Below are positions 24,331 to 44,000 of a DNA stretch of 64,000 nucleotides, in pieces (the first letter of the stretch is position 1; every line of letters starts with the position of its first letter). The notes under the pieces are model-generated. The model saw nothing but the letters and a program-made list of their open reading frames with translations. It had not been told where the DNA came from and did not search any database. A program made the translations under genes and the position numbers. The DNA is from Sminthopsis crassicaudata (taxonomy: Eukaryota): assembly GCF_048593235.1 (NCBI RefSeq), contig NC_133619.1, forward strand, positions 651,908,558 to 651,972,557, in the 5' to 3' direction.

Positions 24331-26974
24331 TGAGAACATCAAGTCCAAACTCCTATTCCCGATTTCCCAGGCCTCGGCCTCTGTCGCCAGGGAGCAAGCG
24401 CAGAGCCTGCCGGGAGCTCCCTTCCTTGGAAGCCGAGCTGGCCTGGGAACGCGCCCGGCTGTAAGGTACTTTAACCCCCGAGACTGGATTGGAGCCCGGC
24501 CTGTTTCACGGCCCCTCCCCCTCCGTGAACTCTGCGCCCGAAATCTGGAAGTGGGGGCTGCACGGCTCCGCTGGCCCAGGGCCCTAGCAGGGAATCCCTC
24601 TCTTCTCTTGGCCAAGAATCTGATGCAAAAGGAACGTAATCTTAGCCGAGGGCAGACCCAGAGGCCCTGGGTGAGGGGGATTCTCCAGCCTCGGGTCACA
24701 TTTCAGGCGTTTGTTTTCCCGGGCCGGAGTGATACCAGTGTATGGAAGCTGGCTCCTGGCGGGGACCCATTTATCGGAATGGGACAGTCTCCCTGTTTTC
24801 TCTCTTGCTGGAGTAGAGGCTCCCGAGTTCTGGGTGTAATGCCGGAGAAACTGAGCAAGATCGGGATTAGAGAGTATTCGGTGCAGAATGTCTTAAATGG
24901 AGAGATTCACTGGGACCCACGGATCCTGGTTGGTCCCAGGGCTGAAGGAGACCATCATCTCAAAGAATGCAGCCCTGAATATGGGATACTGCATTGTTTG
25001 CTGGGGTAGCCGACACTCTGGGAGGTACTGGAGAGGCTCCTGATATTCTAATATTATCAAGAGGGACTAAGTATAGCCTAAGGTCTAAGCTATAAGGCCT
25101 TTATCCCATCAAACCTTGGGAGGGAAAGGTGATAACCTGAGGCAGAGTAACCGAATGGGACATAACTGGGTCAGGACTTAAAAGAGAACTGTGGCACCCC
25201 AAAGGGAGGCTGTGGCCTTACACGGAAGCGGACCTGTTCCTCCCTCTGTTTTGTAGAGCTCTAGCCCCTTCCTAGAGAAACTTTCTCATTCATCTGGGTG
25301 TGCAGAGGCAAAAAATACTGCCTCAGGAGTCAGGCAGTCCAGACTCAAGTACTTCCTGTGTGATCTTAGGCAAGTCACTTAACTTGGACCACCTTCATTT
25401 CTTCTACTGTTAGATGAAAATTTCACCTTCCTGCTAAAGCTTTTGTGAGGGTCAAAAGAGATTATATTTGAAAAGTGGCATACAGTAGGCATTAAATTAA
25501 TGCTTGTTTCCACTCCCCCCTCTAGACACATTTCCCCCAGCAGATTGCCTTCACTACCAACCCTTCTCTAATGTTCAGTCTCTATCTACTGATTTCTTCT
25601 CCAACGCCTAGAAATACTCCAAAGTTTCCCCCTTAAACTATTTAACTAAATAAGCACCTTCTATGTGGCAGGTACAGCGCTGAGTGCTGGGAATACAATA
25701 AAAGGCAAAAGACAATTTTACTCTCAAGGAGTTTAAGATCTAAGGGGGTTGGGGGGGGACAATACAAATAAATGTACAAAGCAAACCACATCCTGGCTAA
25801 ATGGGAAGCCGATCACAGAGGAAAGGCCCCGAACTTCACAGGAGCTGGGGCGGGTGTCCAGGAGGAGAGATGTTAGTTGGGAGCCAGGGAGCTCAGGAGG
25901 AACGGGGCCAGGCGGAGAGGATGCTGGGCCGGGGACGGAACAACCAGGAGGCTGGGGCTCTTTATTGAAGAGGGTGTGTTGGGCAGTGAAGGGTAAGAAG
26001 CCGGCAAAGGGGGGTGGGCGGCAGGGGCTGGCTATTAGAGACAACAGGATGTCACCAGCCGAATGGAAAACAGATTGGCAAGAGAAACACTGGGGGTGGC
26101 TCTGACCCCTCAGCAGCTACTGCCCTAGAGAAAGGGTGAGGTGAAGGGGAGCTGGGAGAGGCAGAGTGATGGGAGATAGGGCAGGGTCTGGGGCAGGGGC
26201 AGCGATGGGAGCTGGAGCTGGGGCAGGGGCAGTGATGGGAGCTGGGAGAGGCAGAGTGATGGGAGCTGGGACAGGGGAAGATCTTTGGATCACTGGGTTT
26301 CTGGTCAGCATAATCTAGGTCCTTGGTTTAGCGTCTCAAAGAGACAGGGAGCGGTAATCCAGTTTTTAGGCCACAAAGAGCTAGGTTGAAACAATACAAG
26401 AAGCTTTTCTCCCAATTCCAGCTACTGAATCACGTTTTCTCACAAGGCAGACAATGAACTAGCTTTATAATTAAATTAAAAATCGAGCTAGGTCCAGAAC
26501 TGAGTCACTGGATGGAATGAGTGGCTCACACTGGGCTGCCCTAATTTCACCACAAGCTGGGTAGGAGGGGGCAGGACTTAAAGGGAACTTTGGACATATT
26601 GAATTTAAAATATCTACCGCATCTCCCAGTTCTATATCTCTGAAGCACAACTGGAGAGGTGAGATTAGAGGTCAGTGGAGATATTGGGGTAGAAAAGTCA
26701 GATTTGAGAATCATCAGCCTGAACATGGGAACTGATGACAATCATCAAGGGCAGTAATATAGAGGAAAAGGAATAGAGGACACAGGAGAGGACCCCAAGG
26801 AACACCTATGGATAGAGGGTGTGATCAGGAAGAGGAGCCAACAAAAGGGACAGAGAAGGAGGGGTCAAAAGGAAAGGGGGGAAACCAAAAGGGGGCAGAG
26901 TCCTGAAAACCTAGAGAGAAGATCGAGTAGCAAGGCAGTGGACCCAGTGTCAAAAGCTGCAGTAGTTAAAGAGA

Positions 26975-27127
26975 GGGGCAGTTAGGTGGCGCAGTGGATA
27001 GAGCATCAGCCCTGAATTCAGGAGGACCCGAGTTCAAATCTAATCTCAGACGCTTAACACTTCCTAGCTGTGTGACCCTGGGCAAGTCACTTAACCCCAG
27101 CCTCACCCAAAAAAAAAAAAAAAAAAA
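26975..27127 (+). mobile_element. WSINE1-type SINE
   Basis: GGGGCAGTTAGGTGGCGCAGTGGATAGAGC...AACCCCAGCCTCACCC plus poly(A). Short AAAGAGA flanking duplication. Confidence 0.9.
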
Positions 27128-28422
27128 AGAGAATGGGGGAGGGGAGAAAGGCAGTTGGATTTGGTAGCTAAGAGATCCCTTTGAATGGAGCAGTTCAGTG
27201 GAATAAGTCTAGCCACAAGGGATTAAGAAGAGAGGAGAGGAAGTGGAGGCACCCAGTTATGAACAGCCTTGTCAAGTTTAGCTCCAAAGTGCAGAAGAAA
27301 TGCTGGACGAGAATTAGCAGGGATGAAACAAGTGATGGGTTTTTTTCAGGAGAGGAGAGACATGGCAAATAGAAAATATAAATATAAATAGAATATTTAT
27401 AAATATAATATATAAAAATAAATATAAATATAAATATGTTGGAGGAAATGGTTTGGAATGAGCTTAGTTGTGCTGTGGAGAAGGCCCCATCATCACTTGA
27501 GACTCTGGTGGGGGGAGAGAGAGTGGAAGAAGGCTCCTGCGGGAGAGGGGAGGTGAGAAAGCAGGAAGCTCTAGGTGAGTGGCCTTCCTGGAGCAGGCAA
27601 AGAATCCCCCGGATGGGAGAGCCAAGGCCCAAGCTTGTTTGGGTATAATTGGTGATATAAAAAGTGAAGCAATCGAGTCGACAGTGTAGACGTGAACTGG
27701 CTCGTCACGCTGGGGAGAAAATGGGAGTGGCTAGAGCAAGGGAGATGGCCTAGCAGGGTCAAGGGACTGGAGGTGCCGGTGATAGTGCAAGGCTAAGTCA
27801 CGTAAAGAAAGGCAGAGTGAGAGGTGGACTCGGCCATTGAGTCACATGATTTCAGAGGGGGAAGGGAGGCAGGGGACCTCGAATAGCCTCCCCCCCCAAA
27901 TGTCATGGCCGCCTTGGAGAACCGAGGACAAACCACCTATAGTGAGGGGGCTATCATCCTGCCGGGCACCCCCGCCGGCAAAATCCTTCACCCCAGACCT
28001 TCCTCGCCCCCATTGTCATCATTTTCTCTCCATCTGGGTGGGGTCAAGGGCTGCGGGCTGACACCGCCATTCTCGGCCCACGGGGAGAAGGGGGCGGCCT
28101 GGATGGAGGGGGGCGAGCCTATGCGCTCTCCCGCGGAGGAGGGAGCCCCCTGGTGCTCGGTCGAGGAGGAAATTTCCAAGCCGCTGCCTTCAGCCCCGGG
28201 AGGTTCGGAGGATGGGGTTGCCTAGCAACTCTTCTCGGCCAGGAGAACCTGAGACGGGCTGTTGCTTAGCAACCGCCAAGTCGTGCTCGCGCCGGAGAAC
28301 GTTTCCCCGCCCGCCCCCGTGGGGGGGGGCCGAGGGAAGAGGCGTAGCCTAGCGACCGACCGTCTTCCGGGGAGAGAGAGATTCGCTAGTTTTGGAAGCA
28401 TCGCGAGACAAGGCATTGCTGA

Positions 28423-34225
<5,803 letters not shown>

Positions 34226-34371
34226 CACCGCCCCCCAGCCCAATAAAGCTTCCCCCCTCCCGGCCTCTGGCTGGGCGCACTGACCCCGTGTCGGCCTGCT
34301 CTCTCTCAGGAGGCCCTGGAGTGCCGTGAAAATAGCTTTTATTGGGGAGGGGGCAGGGGTGGGGGCGGGGC

Positions 34372-37314
34372 TCAGCCCTCGGAGAACTGGCGGTACAGGG
34401 CCTCGTGCCGGGGGTTGGAGAAGCGCGGGCGGAAGGGGATCTCCAGAATCTGCGAGAAGCCCTCGGCTAGGGAGGGCGCCACGAACTGCTTCCTGCAGGG
34501 AAGGTTCGGGGTCAGGGGGGCTGAGGGGGGTCCGAGACTCCTCCCCCCCCAGGCCCCCCGGCCCCCGGCTTACCTGTAGCTGAACATGACCATGTCAGAC
34601 ACTGGCGGGTGCGGGGACCCCGTCATCTCTCGGAACTGGGGGGAGAAGTCGCAAGGTCACAAGATCAGGTCGGCAGAGAGGCCGGGGTCCCCCCCCCTCC
34701 CCACCCCTCCTCACCCGGTTGTTGTGTCGGGCCAGGTCCAGCGAAGCCGTGAAGTGGAAGCATCTGCAGGGGACCCCGGCCTCCTTGGCACACGAGATAT
34801 ACCTGCCGGGGCGGTGGGGGGAGGGCAGAGTGAGGGCTCCCTGCAATCACTTCTCCCCCCAACTCCTCCCCCCCCCCTCGGTACCTGGCCCGGCTAGCAG
34901 GGTCGGGGTTGGTGTTGTCCACCACGGCGCGGCCTCCGGCCTTCAGGGCCTCACTGCACACGGCCACGCATTTCTGCCAAGAGCCCAGGGTGTCCTAGAG
35001 AGGCGGGGAGAGGGCCTGAGCCGGGGTCCGCGCCCACTCAGCGGCTGGCGCCCGCCCGGCCCCCCACGTACTCGGTTTGCGTAGACGTAGCCTGCCGCCA
35101 CCAGGTGTTCCTGGAGAAAAGTGGACTTCCCGGCTGTGGGAGCGGATGGGCAGAGAGGTCAGGAGGGCGCGCATCAGGGGAAGGGGGACAGGGAGGACAG
35201 GAGTCAAAGGCCGCCTCACCCGCGGGGAAACCGACGGCGACGACGATCTCGGGGCCGGGGCCCACGAGAGGCCCAGCAGGGGGCTGGCACAGCGGCCCCG
35301 TGGGGCTCAGACTTCTCTGCGGGAAATCAGGGGCCGGGATGAGGCCGGGCCCCCAGGAGGCGGGCCATCTCCCACCCAGAGCCCCCCCAAACCTCACCGG
35401 GTCAAAGTCTGGGAGTGTAAAGCGCGACGGGGTCCAGTTCAAGAAAAACTCTTCCGGAGTCAAGAACCGCAGGCCCAGGTTCAGAGCAAACTGAGGGGGA
35501 CAGGGGGGTCAGCACGAGGGGCCCTCCCCGGGAGTCGGGGGCAGGGCCCGCGGGGCAGCAAGCCTTACCAGCCGGTCCCCACAAGAGAAGTCCTTCTTGC
35601 GGCCCGGGGCCCAGTTGGCCAGACGTCCGGCAGCGTCTGAAAAGGAAGCGGACTCAGTGCCCTGCCTCGAGCCCCGGCGTGCCCCTCCCCACAGGGGCCC
35701 GACCTTACCTCCCACGTAGAAACTGTCAGCCAGGGAGATGGGGACCCCCTCGTTGGCCTGAGAGAGAGAGGAAGAGGCTGGGGGAGGTGGCAAGGGCCCA
35801 GGACCCCTGGGATGGTGCTAGGCCCCCCCCACCCCCCAGCCCCACAGGCGGCCCCGGGCACCTGTTCACACAGGTGGTCCCACATCCCGGTCGCTGGCTT
35901 CCGGTAAATGCCCGAGCCCGTGGCCACCAGCACCTGGGGGAAGAGAGGCGTGTGGGGATGGTGTGGAAGCCCGGCCCGCTGCCGGCCCCTCTGCCTGACA
36001 CCCACCTGGAAAGGGGCCCCCAGGGCCTCCAGGACGGCCTCCACCTTGCTCTGGAACACCTGAGGCTGGAGCCGCCCTCGCCCGATGCCCATTTGGTTGG
36101 TGAAGATGACAAGCTGCAGAGGAAGGCGTGGGGCGTCATGGGCAGGGGCCCCGGCCCGGCCCCTGGGCTGCCCCCCACGCCGCCCACCGGGTACCTTGTA
36201 ACCATCGGCCTCGAGTTCCTGAAGCCGCTTTGGGATCCCCGGGAACAGGATCCTGGTGGAAAGAAGAGGGAGGAAGTGGCTGGGGAGGCTCAGCCCTCCA
36301 GGCCCCCCGGACTGCGCCGTCCTACCTCCAGTCCTCGGGGCTGCTGGGAAAGACCTTGCCGGAGCGGGTGGTGATGAGGGTCCCGTCCAGATCGAAGGCG
36401 GCCACCTGCAGGGCACGACACCTCGGCTCAGACGCGGCCGGGGTGGACGGGGGTCCCCGAGACCCTGGGGCAAGGGCTCACCTTCTCTTGGGCCCGGACT
36501 CCTGGGGCCGTGAACACTAGCAGGGGGCCGAGCTTCTGCCAGCCTTCGGGGCCTCGGGGCCGCTTCTTGCGGGGCTCAGATGGGGCCCCCCGGGGCGAGC
36601 TGGGCTCTGGGGGCTCTGACGGGGACCCTCGGGGCGGGCTGGGCTCTGGGGGCTCTGACGGGGCCCCCCGGGGCGGGCTGGGCTCTGGGGGCTCCGAGGT
36701 CCTGAGCAGGGTCAGCGGGTGCTGACCATTCACCAGCAGCAGCGTCTCCCCCACGGCCAGCGGGGCCCGGCAGCCGGGGCTCAGCCTGGTGCTCCCCGCG
36801 GTGGAGGGGTTCACGCCCAGCTGGGGTGCAGAAGGGGCCCCATAGAGTCAGGCCCGCCCTCCACCGATGGGAGGGGCTCCCGACGGTCAGGCCCCGCCCC
36901 CGTTTTGCTGGGAGGGGGGCCAGAGGATCAAGCGCAGCCCCCATTTATGAGGAGATGGCCACGAGGGCCAGGACCCGCCACCCACTGCCGCCACCCTGCC
37001 AGGGGATGCCCGGGGACCCGTCCCTCCATCCTCCCACGCCGTTACCTGCGTCACCATCACGACTTCGGACACGGGGTCCACGCACACGTCCACTGTGGTG
37101 GGGAGGGGAGGATAAGGTCCCGCCCACGTGTGGCCTGCGCCACGCCCCCCCTCCCGCCACCCTTCCCACCTTGGTTGCGGGAGCACTTCCGGTCGGTGAC
37201 TCGAGTCAATGGACCCCGACCCAACACGAGGCTGCGGCCCGCGGGGGGCAAAGGGATGGGGGGCGGCCCTCCAGGCGGGCTGTGCAGCCACAGAGTGGGC
37301 TCCGGCGTAGCCAT
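34372..37314 (-). CDS. PNKP: Bifunctional polynucleotide kinase 3'-phosphatase, 16 coding exons, 532 aa
   Basis: FHA start [19 protein letters not shown] motif DLDGT, Walker A GFPAAGKST, end ALYRQFSEG*. Exons (descending): 37314-37170, 37092-37046, 36820-36482, 36405-36326, 36252-36195, 36113-36006, 35933-35862, 35757-35709, 35636-35569, 35490-35398, 35316-35220, 35133-35072, 34994-34885, 34802-34715, 34635-34574, 34492-34372. Total 1599 nt. Minus-strand AATAAA at 34343-34338. Confidence 0.97.
36572..36697 (-). repeat. Coding 39-bp tandem repeat (3.2 copies) in the PNKP linker
   Basis: Encodes [13 protein letters not shown] / [13 protein letters not shown] / [13 protein letters not shown] / SEP. 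Confidence 0.95.
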
Positions 37315-37648
37315 TCCCGCTTCCCTAGAGTGGTAGCCGCTCCGGAACCACCGCCGGAAGTCCCGCCTGCCCATTCAGAGCGGACGGGAAGAGGCTCGCT
37401 TCAATTCGGCCCGCCCCCCATCCTTTGGTGAGGCCGCGCCCACTCCTTGTCCCTTCCCCCATCAGCCCTTTCCCCAAGAATCAAGGCTACTGTTAACGTC
37501 AAACTCTTTATTCGCAGGCGTTCCCCCTGCCCGTTCCCACCCTCATACGGGCGGGCGGTGCCCTTTAAGGCACGTGTAGGAATGAAGGCTTAGCAAGCCC
37601 CCGAGAGCGAGGGGGTGGCTGAACAGCTAAACCCTTCCCAGGAACAGG

Positions 37649-38091
37649 CCAATGGGGGAGTGGGTAGCGTCATCAGATATGCAATTGGGCCATCCCTGAG
37701 GTGGCGGGACCAGGACTGGGAGGCTGTAGTGTTAAGTAGGGGCTCCCCCGTAGTACGGTCTTTTTTCCCCCCCCGCAAAGAGGAGCCGCCGGCAGTTCTG
37801 GCATGGATTGGATCCTCCCAAAAGGAAGAGGAGGGACCGAAAGATCTAAGGCTGCGATTGGCCAAGAAAAACCCCTTGGCCAAGCGAGGAGCTGATTGGA
37901 TGCCCCCACACCCTCTCCTAAAAGAATGCCCCGAGTAGGGAGCCTGGGATTGGCCAGGGCCTGTCGAGGAGCGGAATTGAGGAAATTCAGGGAGCTGATT
38001 GGATGCTTCCATTACCCTCCCCAACACGGGAAGAAGAGCCAGAAAAAAACGGAGCCCGGGAGGGAGGGGCAGCGAACGGATCCGGGATTGG
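37649..38091 (-). promoter_or_regulatory. CCAAT-box array (putative NF-Y sites) in the AKT1S1 3'UTR, upstream of PNKP
   Basis: Plus-strand ATTGG at 37684, 37807, 37857, 37895, 37949, 37998 and 38087, and CCAAT at 37649. Confidence 0.6.
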
Positions 38092-38218
38092 CCAGATCTG
38101 GGCGTGCCGGGGGCGGTGCAAAGGGCAGAGCCCGCCCGGCGCAAGGTCGAGGTGTAGGGAAGAGGGAGGAAAGAAGGGTAGAGGGGGGAGGGGCGGCGCT
38201 GACAGCCCCCCCCTTCCC

Positions 38219-39409
<1,191 letters not shown>

Positions 39410-39599
39410 CCACGCCCTGGGGGGAGATAAGAGGTGACCCGGGTAGAACCCGTGGGGGCCGGTCTGGCACTTGGGAACCTCCCTCGACATACACACACCT
39501 TAACAAAGAAGCAAGGGGATTGTTAAAGCCGCTCTAACAGAAAAGGCTCCGAAGGCCCAGAGGGGCCCCTGGCCGGGTTGTTACCCTGTTGCTAGCGAG

Positions 39600-41051
39600 G
39601 CGCCGACAAGCCCCCGGGTGAGGCAGCCACGGGGAAGCGGTAAGAGGCTAGAAGCTGTGGGGCCGCTGTCATCGCATGCCTGAGGGCGGCACTTTGGGGG
39701 CAGAGAGGTGATCCGGGAAGAGGGGAAAAGCGAGACTCTGCAACTGCATCCGGGGTTCCCTTAAGCGAGGACCCCCTGCGCACCTGCCACAAGCTCCCCC
39801 AGTTTGGCCATGGAGCAGTTGTTCAGCTCCGCCCTACACGTGGGAAAACAGGAAGTCCAGCCCCTTTATAGGCGGAGCAGGGAGTCCCGAGGTAACACGG
39901 GCAGCCCAACCAGGTCTGGAGAGGAAAGAGCCAATCATTCTCCCCCCGACTCCTAAAGAAGCAAAAGGGATGTTCCGCCTCCCGGGGCGGAGAAAAGCTA
40001 ATTTCGACCGCAGCCTTTGGGAGGAGAAAAGGCTAAGCCGGAAGTTCCGCCCTTGCGTGGGAGAGGGGAACCCCATAAGCCAGACCCCAACCCCCCCACT
40101 ATTATCCTAGTACAGGGTACAGGCTTGGCTCTGGGGAGGTTCTGGGGCGAGCGCGGGATCTAGGCCCCATCCCCCCTCGCGAGGCTGGCTGCACTCTTCG
40201 CTCGCTTACCTCGGCCGGGCTCCCGTCTCCCTGCCTCCCTCCCCGCCAGCCTTCGTTCCTCCCCAGGAGTCCGCGCCGCCGCTGCTCACGTGCCTGCGGC
40301 CAGCATGGCGGGCCTGACGCCCTCACAAGGCATGGCGGCTTTGGCGTCACTTCCGCCCGGCGCCAGCCTCTCTGAAGACTCTCCGCATTCTACCCTCGTT
40401 CTGCAAAGGAGGTTCCCACCCGACCTGCCCTCAAGTATCATGGCGGCAGCACGGCTTCACGAGCCGCCCCTAGCCGATATCCGTGGCGTTTCCGTCACAG
40501 ACATTCTTGCCGAGGACGACCGCTCCACCCTAGGCCCGCGAGCACGGTCGGGTACAACCACGTCCTAGCTCTGGGGACCCACGACGCCGCGGCCGCTGCC
40601 TTCCTCTAGATGACTACCGCTGTTTCCCTTTCTCCCCCCGCTTCCTTGCATGGAAGTGGTGTGCCCGGAACTAACATGGCCCTCACAGCGCAGCGCAGCT
40701 CGCTTCCTAGAACGACGACAGCACGACTACGGCATCCCTAAAAACCGGGGCGGAAAAGGCGGGGCACGCGCAGAGAGAAAAAGCTTGGCAACTCCACTTT
40801 GTTTACTTCTTTCTGGGAGCTCACGTGACGCGCCAGCGCCCAGCCCCCTCCCGGCACCGCCCTCCATCGCGTCTGCGCAGAGCGTCTTTGTCCCTCTTCC
40901 TCCTCGACTATTGGTTTGATCTGGTGGCTGAGGGAAACAAGCGGACCATTTTACGCCGCTCGAGGGGAGGTCCGCCTCGCCGGATGTGACGTAAGAGTTT
41001 ATCTTCGGAGGTGGAGCGAGCTCGGAGAGTGCCTCGGTCCCAGCTGCAACT
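39600..41051. promoter_or_regulatory. Bidirectional CpG-island promoter for AKT1S1 and TBC1D17
   Basis: CpG-dense interval between divergent genes, with ETS CCGGAAGT (about 40038), E-box/CLEAR-like TCACGTGAC (40821-40829) and TGACGT (about 40987). Confidence 0.7.
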
Positions 41052-44000
41052 ATGGAGGAGGCTGGCTACCGGGTAAGTGTTGACGAAGAACCTAAGCGGC
41101 CTTCGGCCTAACCCTTCCCTTTCTCTTTTCGGAATCTGGATCCTGCCCTTCTCTGACCCTTTCCCCCTACTTTCCTGGCTCCCGATCTCTTAGCGCATGC
41201 GCTTTTCTCGGGCCCGAAACCTTGGTAAAGTGCGCCCACTTCCCTGGTCTTTTTGTGCGCATGCGCCTCCGCTCAGGTACTACTTTCTGGCGGAACCGCG
41301 TCCTCGCCCGTGGCTGTGCGCATGCGGGCCTCTGGTCCCCAGGTGCTCGCCTTTCCTCCTCCCTCTCTCCGTCCCGTCCATCCCCAGCTTCTGTGCCCCG
41401 AGTTCTGAGCTCCACCTCCGCCCGTAGGTGGTGTTCGAGAAGGGCGGGGTGTTCCTGCACACGAGCGCCAGGGGGCGGCACCAGGACCCGGGCTCCCTCA
41501 TCGCCGGCGTGCTGCGCCTGCTCGAGAAAGTGAGTCCCGGGAGGTGGGTGTGGCTTCGGTCGTGGGGGTGGGCTCTGGGCGGGACGGGGGCGACCCCCGG
41601 ATCCTTTGGTCTGTTCTTCTTGCCCTTCCTCCGCTCCAGGACAATGACGTCATCCTGCACTGGGCCCCTGTGGAAGAGGCTGGCGACTCCTCCCACGTGG
41701 TCTTCTCCAGGAAGGTGGGCCGGGATCTGTGTTGCCCCGCCCCCCCCCCATTGGCTTAGGCCTCTCCTCTCCAGGCATTCTTCCTGCCTGGGATGTTAGG
41801 ACCGCCCCCTTCGGCTCCTCCCCTTTCTCGGTGCCTTGAAGGTTCTCCTGGAGACCCGCCCCTACCTACTTCAGGGTCCGCTTCGGGGGCCCCAGCCCGG
41901 GGCCCCGCGGCTCTCCCCCTTCCCCGGCACGTTTAGGGCTCCCGGATAGCCTTGGCTTTTTCTGTCTCAGGATGCAAACTTGGGGTTCTCATCCCAACAT
42001 CCACGGGGCAGGGCGCATCTCCTGGCTCTTCAGGCCCTGTTTTGGGGCCTCCCCGGGGCGTTCAGGACCCCGGGCCCTTTCCCCGCGCCGGCTCAGTTCC
42101 CCTCGGGGGGCTCGGCCTCTGCTCCTCCCGATCCGCCCACAGGAGGGGCGCTTGGTTACCATTTGATGCGTCGGCTTGCAGGCCCCCCTTTCCCACCTGA
42201 GAGAAAGGGTCAGACCCCCTCGTTCAGAGATGCCGGGGCAGGCCCAGGAGCCCCCGCTTAGTGTTTCATTTCTACCCCAGGAGCCCGGTGGAGGGGACCC
42301 CTGCCCCTCGGAGGAAGAGCCGACCTTTGACCCCGGCTACGAGCCCGACTGGGCCGTGATCAGCACCGTGCGCTCGCGGCCCCGGCCCACCGAGGCCGCC
42401 TCAGGTATGGCCGTGGTCCCCCGGGCTCGGGACAGCCGGGATGTGGGCCACAGACCCAAACTCCAGGTGGCTGGGGCTGGGGGGGTGGAAAGGAAGCTGG
42501 ACAGACCCCCATGTGGGCTGGGGCCAGGATCCCGCTGGGGTGGGGCCCTAGAAGGGGGGGAGCAGTGAAGAAAGGGCCGCCCCGTCAGCGGAAGCTGGCT
42601 AAGCGGAGCTATGGAGGAGGCACGGTGGGCATGGACGGCACCCCTCTGTGCCCCGAGTCCCGCAGCCTCTCGCTCCCCTCCAGCCACAGCGTCCGGCAGC
42701 ACCCAGGGGCCCTGGGCCTTCTCGGTGAGCCTGGGAGAGCTGAAGTCCATCCGGCGTTCCAAGCCGGGCCTGGGCTGGGCCTACCTGGTGCTGGTGACCC
42801 AGGCGGGCGGCTCCCTGCCGGCCCTGCACTTCCACCGAGGGGGCACGCGGGCCCTGCTGCGCGTCCTCAGCCGCTACCTGCTGCTGGCCAGGTCAGTGTG
42901 GCTGGCTGCCCCTCCCTCATCCACCCTCAATGTCCCCTCCTCCTCTCTGCTCTCACCCCCCCCTCCCGCCACCCCTCCCCTCCTCTCTGCTCTCCCCCGC
43001 CACCCCTCCCCCCTGTCTTCTGTGCTCTCCCTCTCCCTCTCCTCCCCCCCCTCATCTTCTGTGCTCTCCCTCTGCCTCCCAGCTCCCCCCAGGACTCCCG
43101 CCTCTACCTCGTCTTCCCCCATGACTCCTCCGCGCTCTCCAACTCCTTCCACCACCTGCAGCTCTTCGATGATGACAGTTCCAACGTGGTGTCTGTGAGT
43201 GGGCTGGGGGAGGAGTGGGGTGGGGGGGACTGCCCTGGGGAGCGCCTGTCGGCGGGAGCCACCCCGAAACCTTCTGCTTTTGTCCTCCCCTCAGCGTTTC
43301 CTCCAGGACCCTTACGCAGCCACCTTTGGAGGTTTCTCACGGGTGACCAATTTTTTCCGGGGAGCCCTCCAGCCTCCCCCTGACGGGCCCCCCCCGAGTC
43401 GTCCCGAGGTCTCTGAGGATGAGGAGCCGGAGCCCGGCTTCGAGGTCATCTCCTGCGTGAGTGCTCGGAGGGTGAAGGTCGGGGCCTGGACCGTGGGCTT
43501 GGAGGCATACTGGGGGCCCAGCTGCTAATCCCCCTTTCTCCCCCCGTGGGTTGGCGCAGGTGGAGCTGGGGCCCCGGCCTGTGGTGTCACGGGGTCAGCC
43601 CGTGACAGAGGAAACATGGGCCCGACACGTGGGCCCAGACGGGCACCTTCAAGACGTTGGGGAGCTTAAGGCTCAGATCTTCTCTGGGGTGAGTGGGGCA
43701 GGGTAACTGGGGGGGGGAAGGGGCAGGGGGAGGGGAGCTAGGGGTGACTGCTGTGTCTCCCCAGGGGCTGTGCCCCTCCTTGAGGAGAGAGGCCTGGAAG
43801 TTTCTCCTGGGTTACCTGAGCTGGGAGGGGTCGGCCGAGGAGCACAAGATCCACGTCCGGAGGAAAACGTGAGTGAGGGTCTTCCCCCCATTTCCCTCCC
43901 CCCCCCCCGGTCCCCCAGCTGCTTGGGGCCTGGTGAGGCTGCTTGCTGCTGCTGGTGAAGGGTCGGGCTAGTCCTGCTGCGGGTCTACGGCTGACCCCCT

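Noticed and set aside
24995-25290. Possible second LTR fragment
   Set aside because: Composition is LTR-like, but I could not identify termini or a TSD. Too weak to list as a feature.
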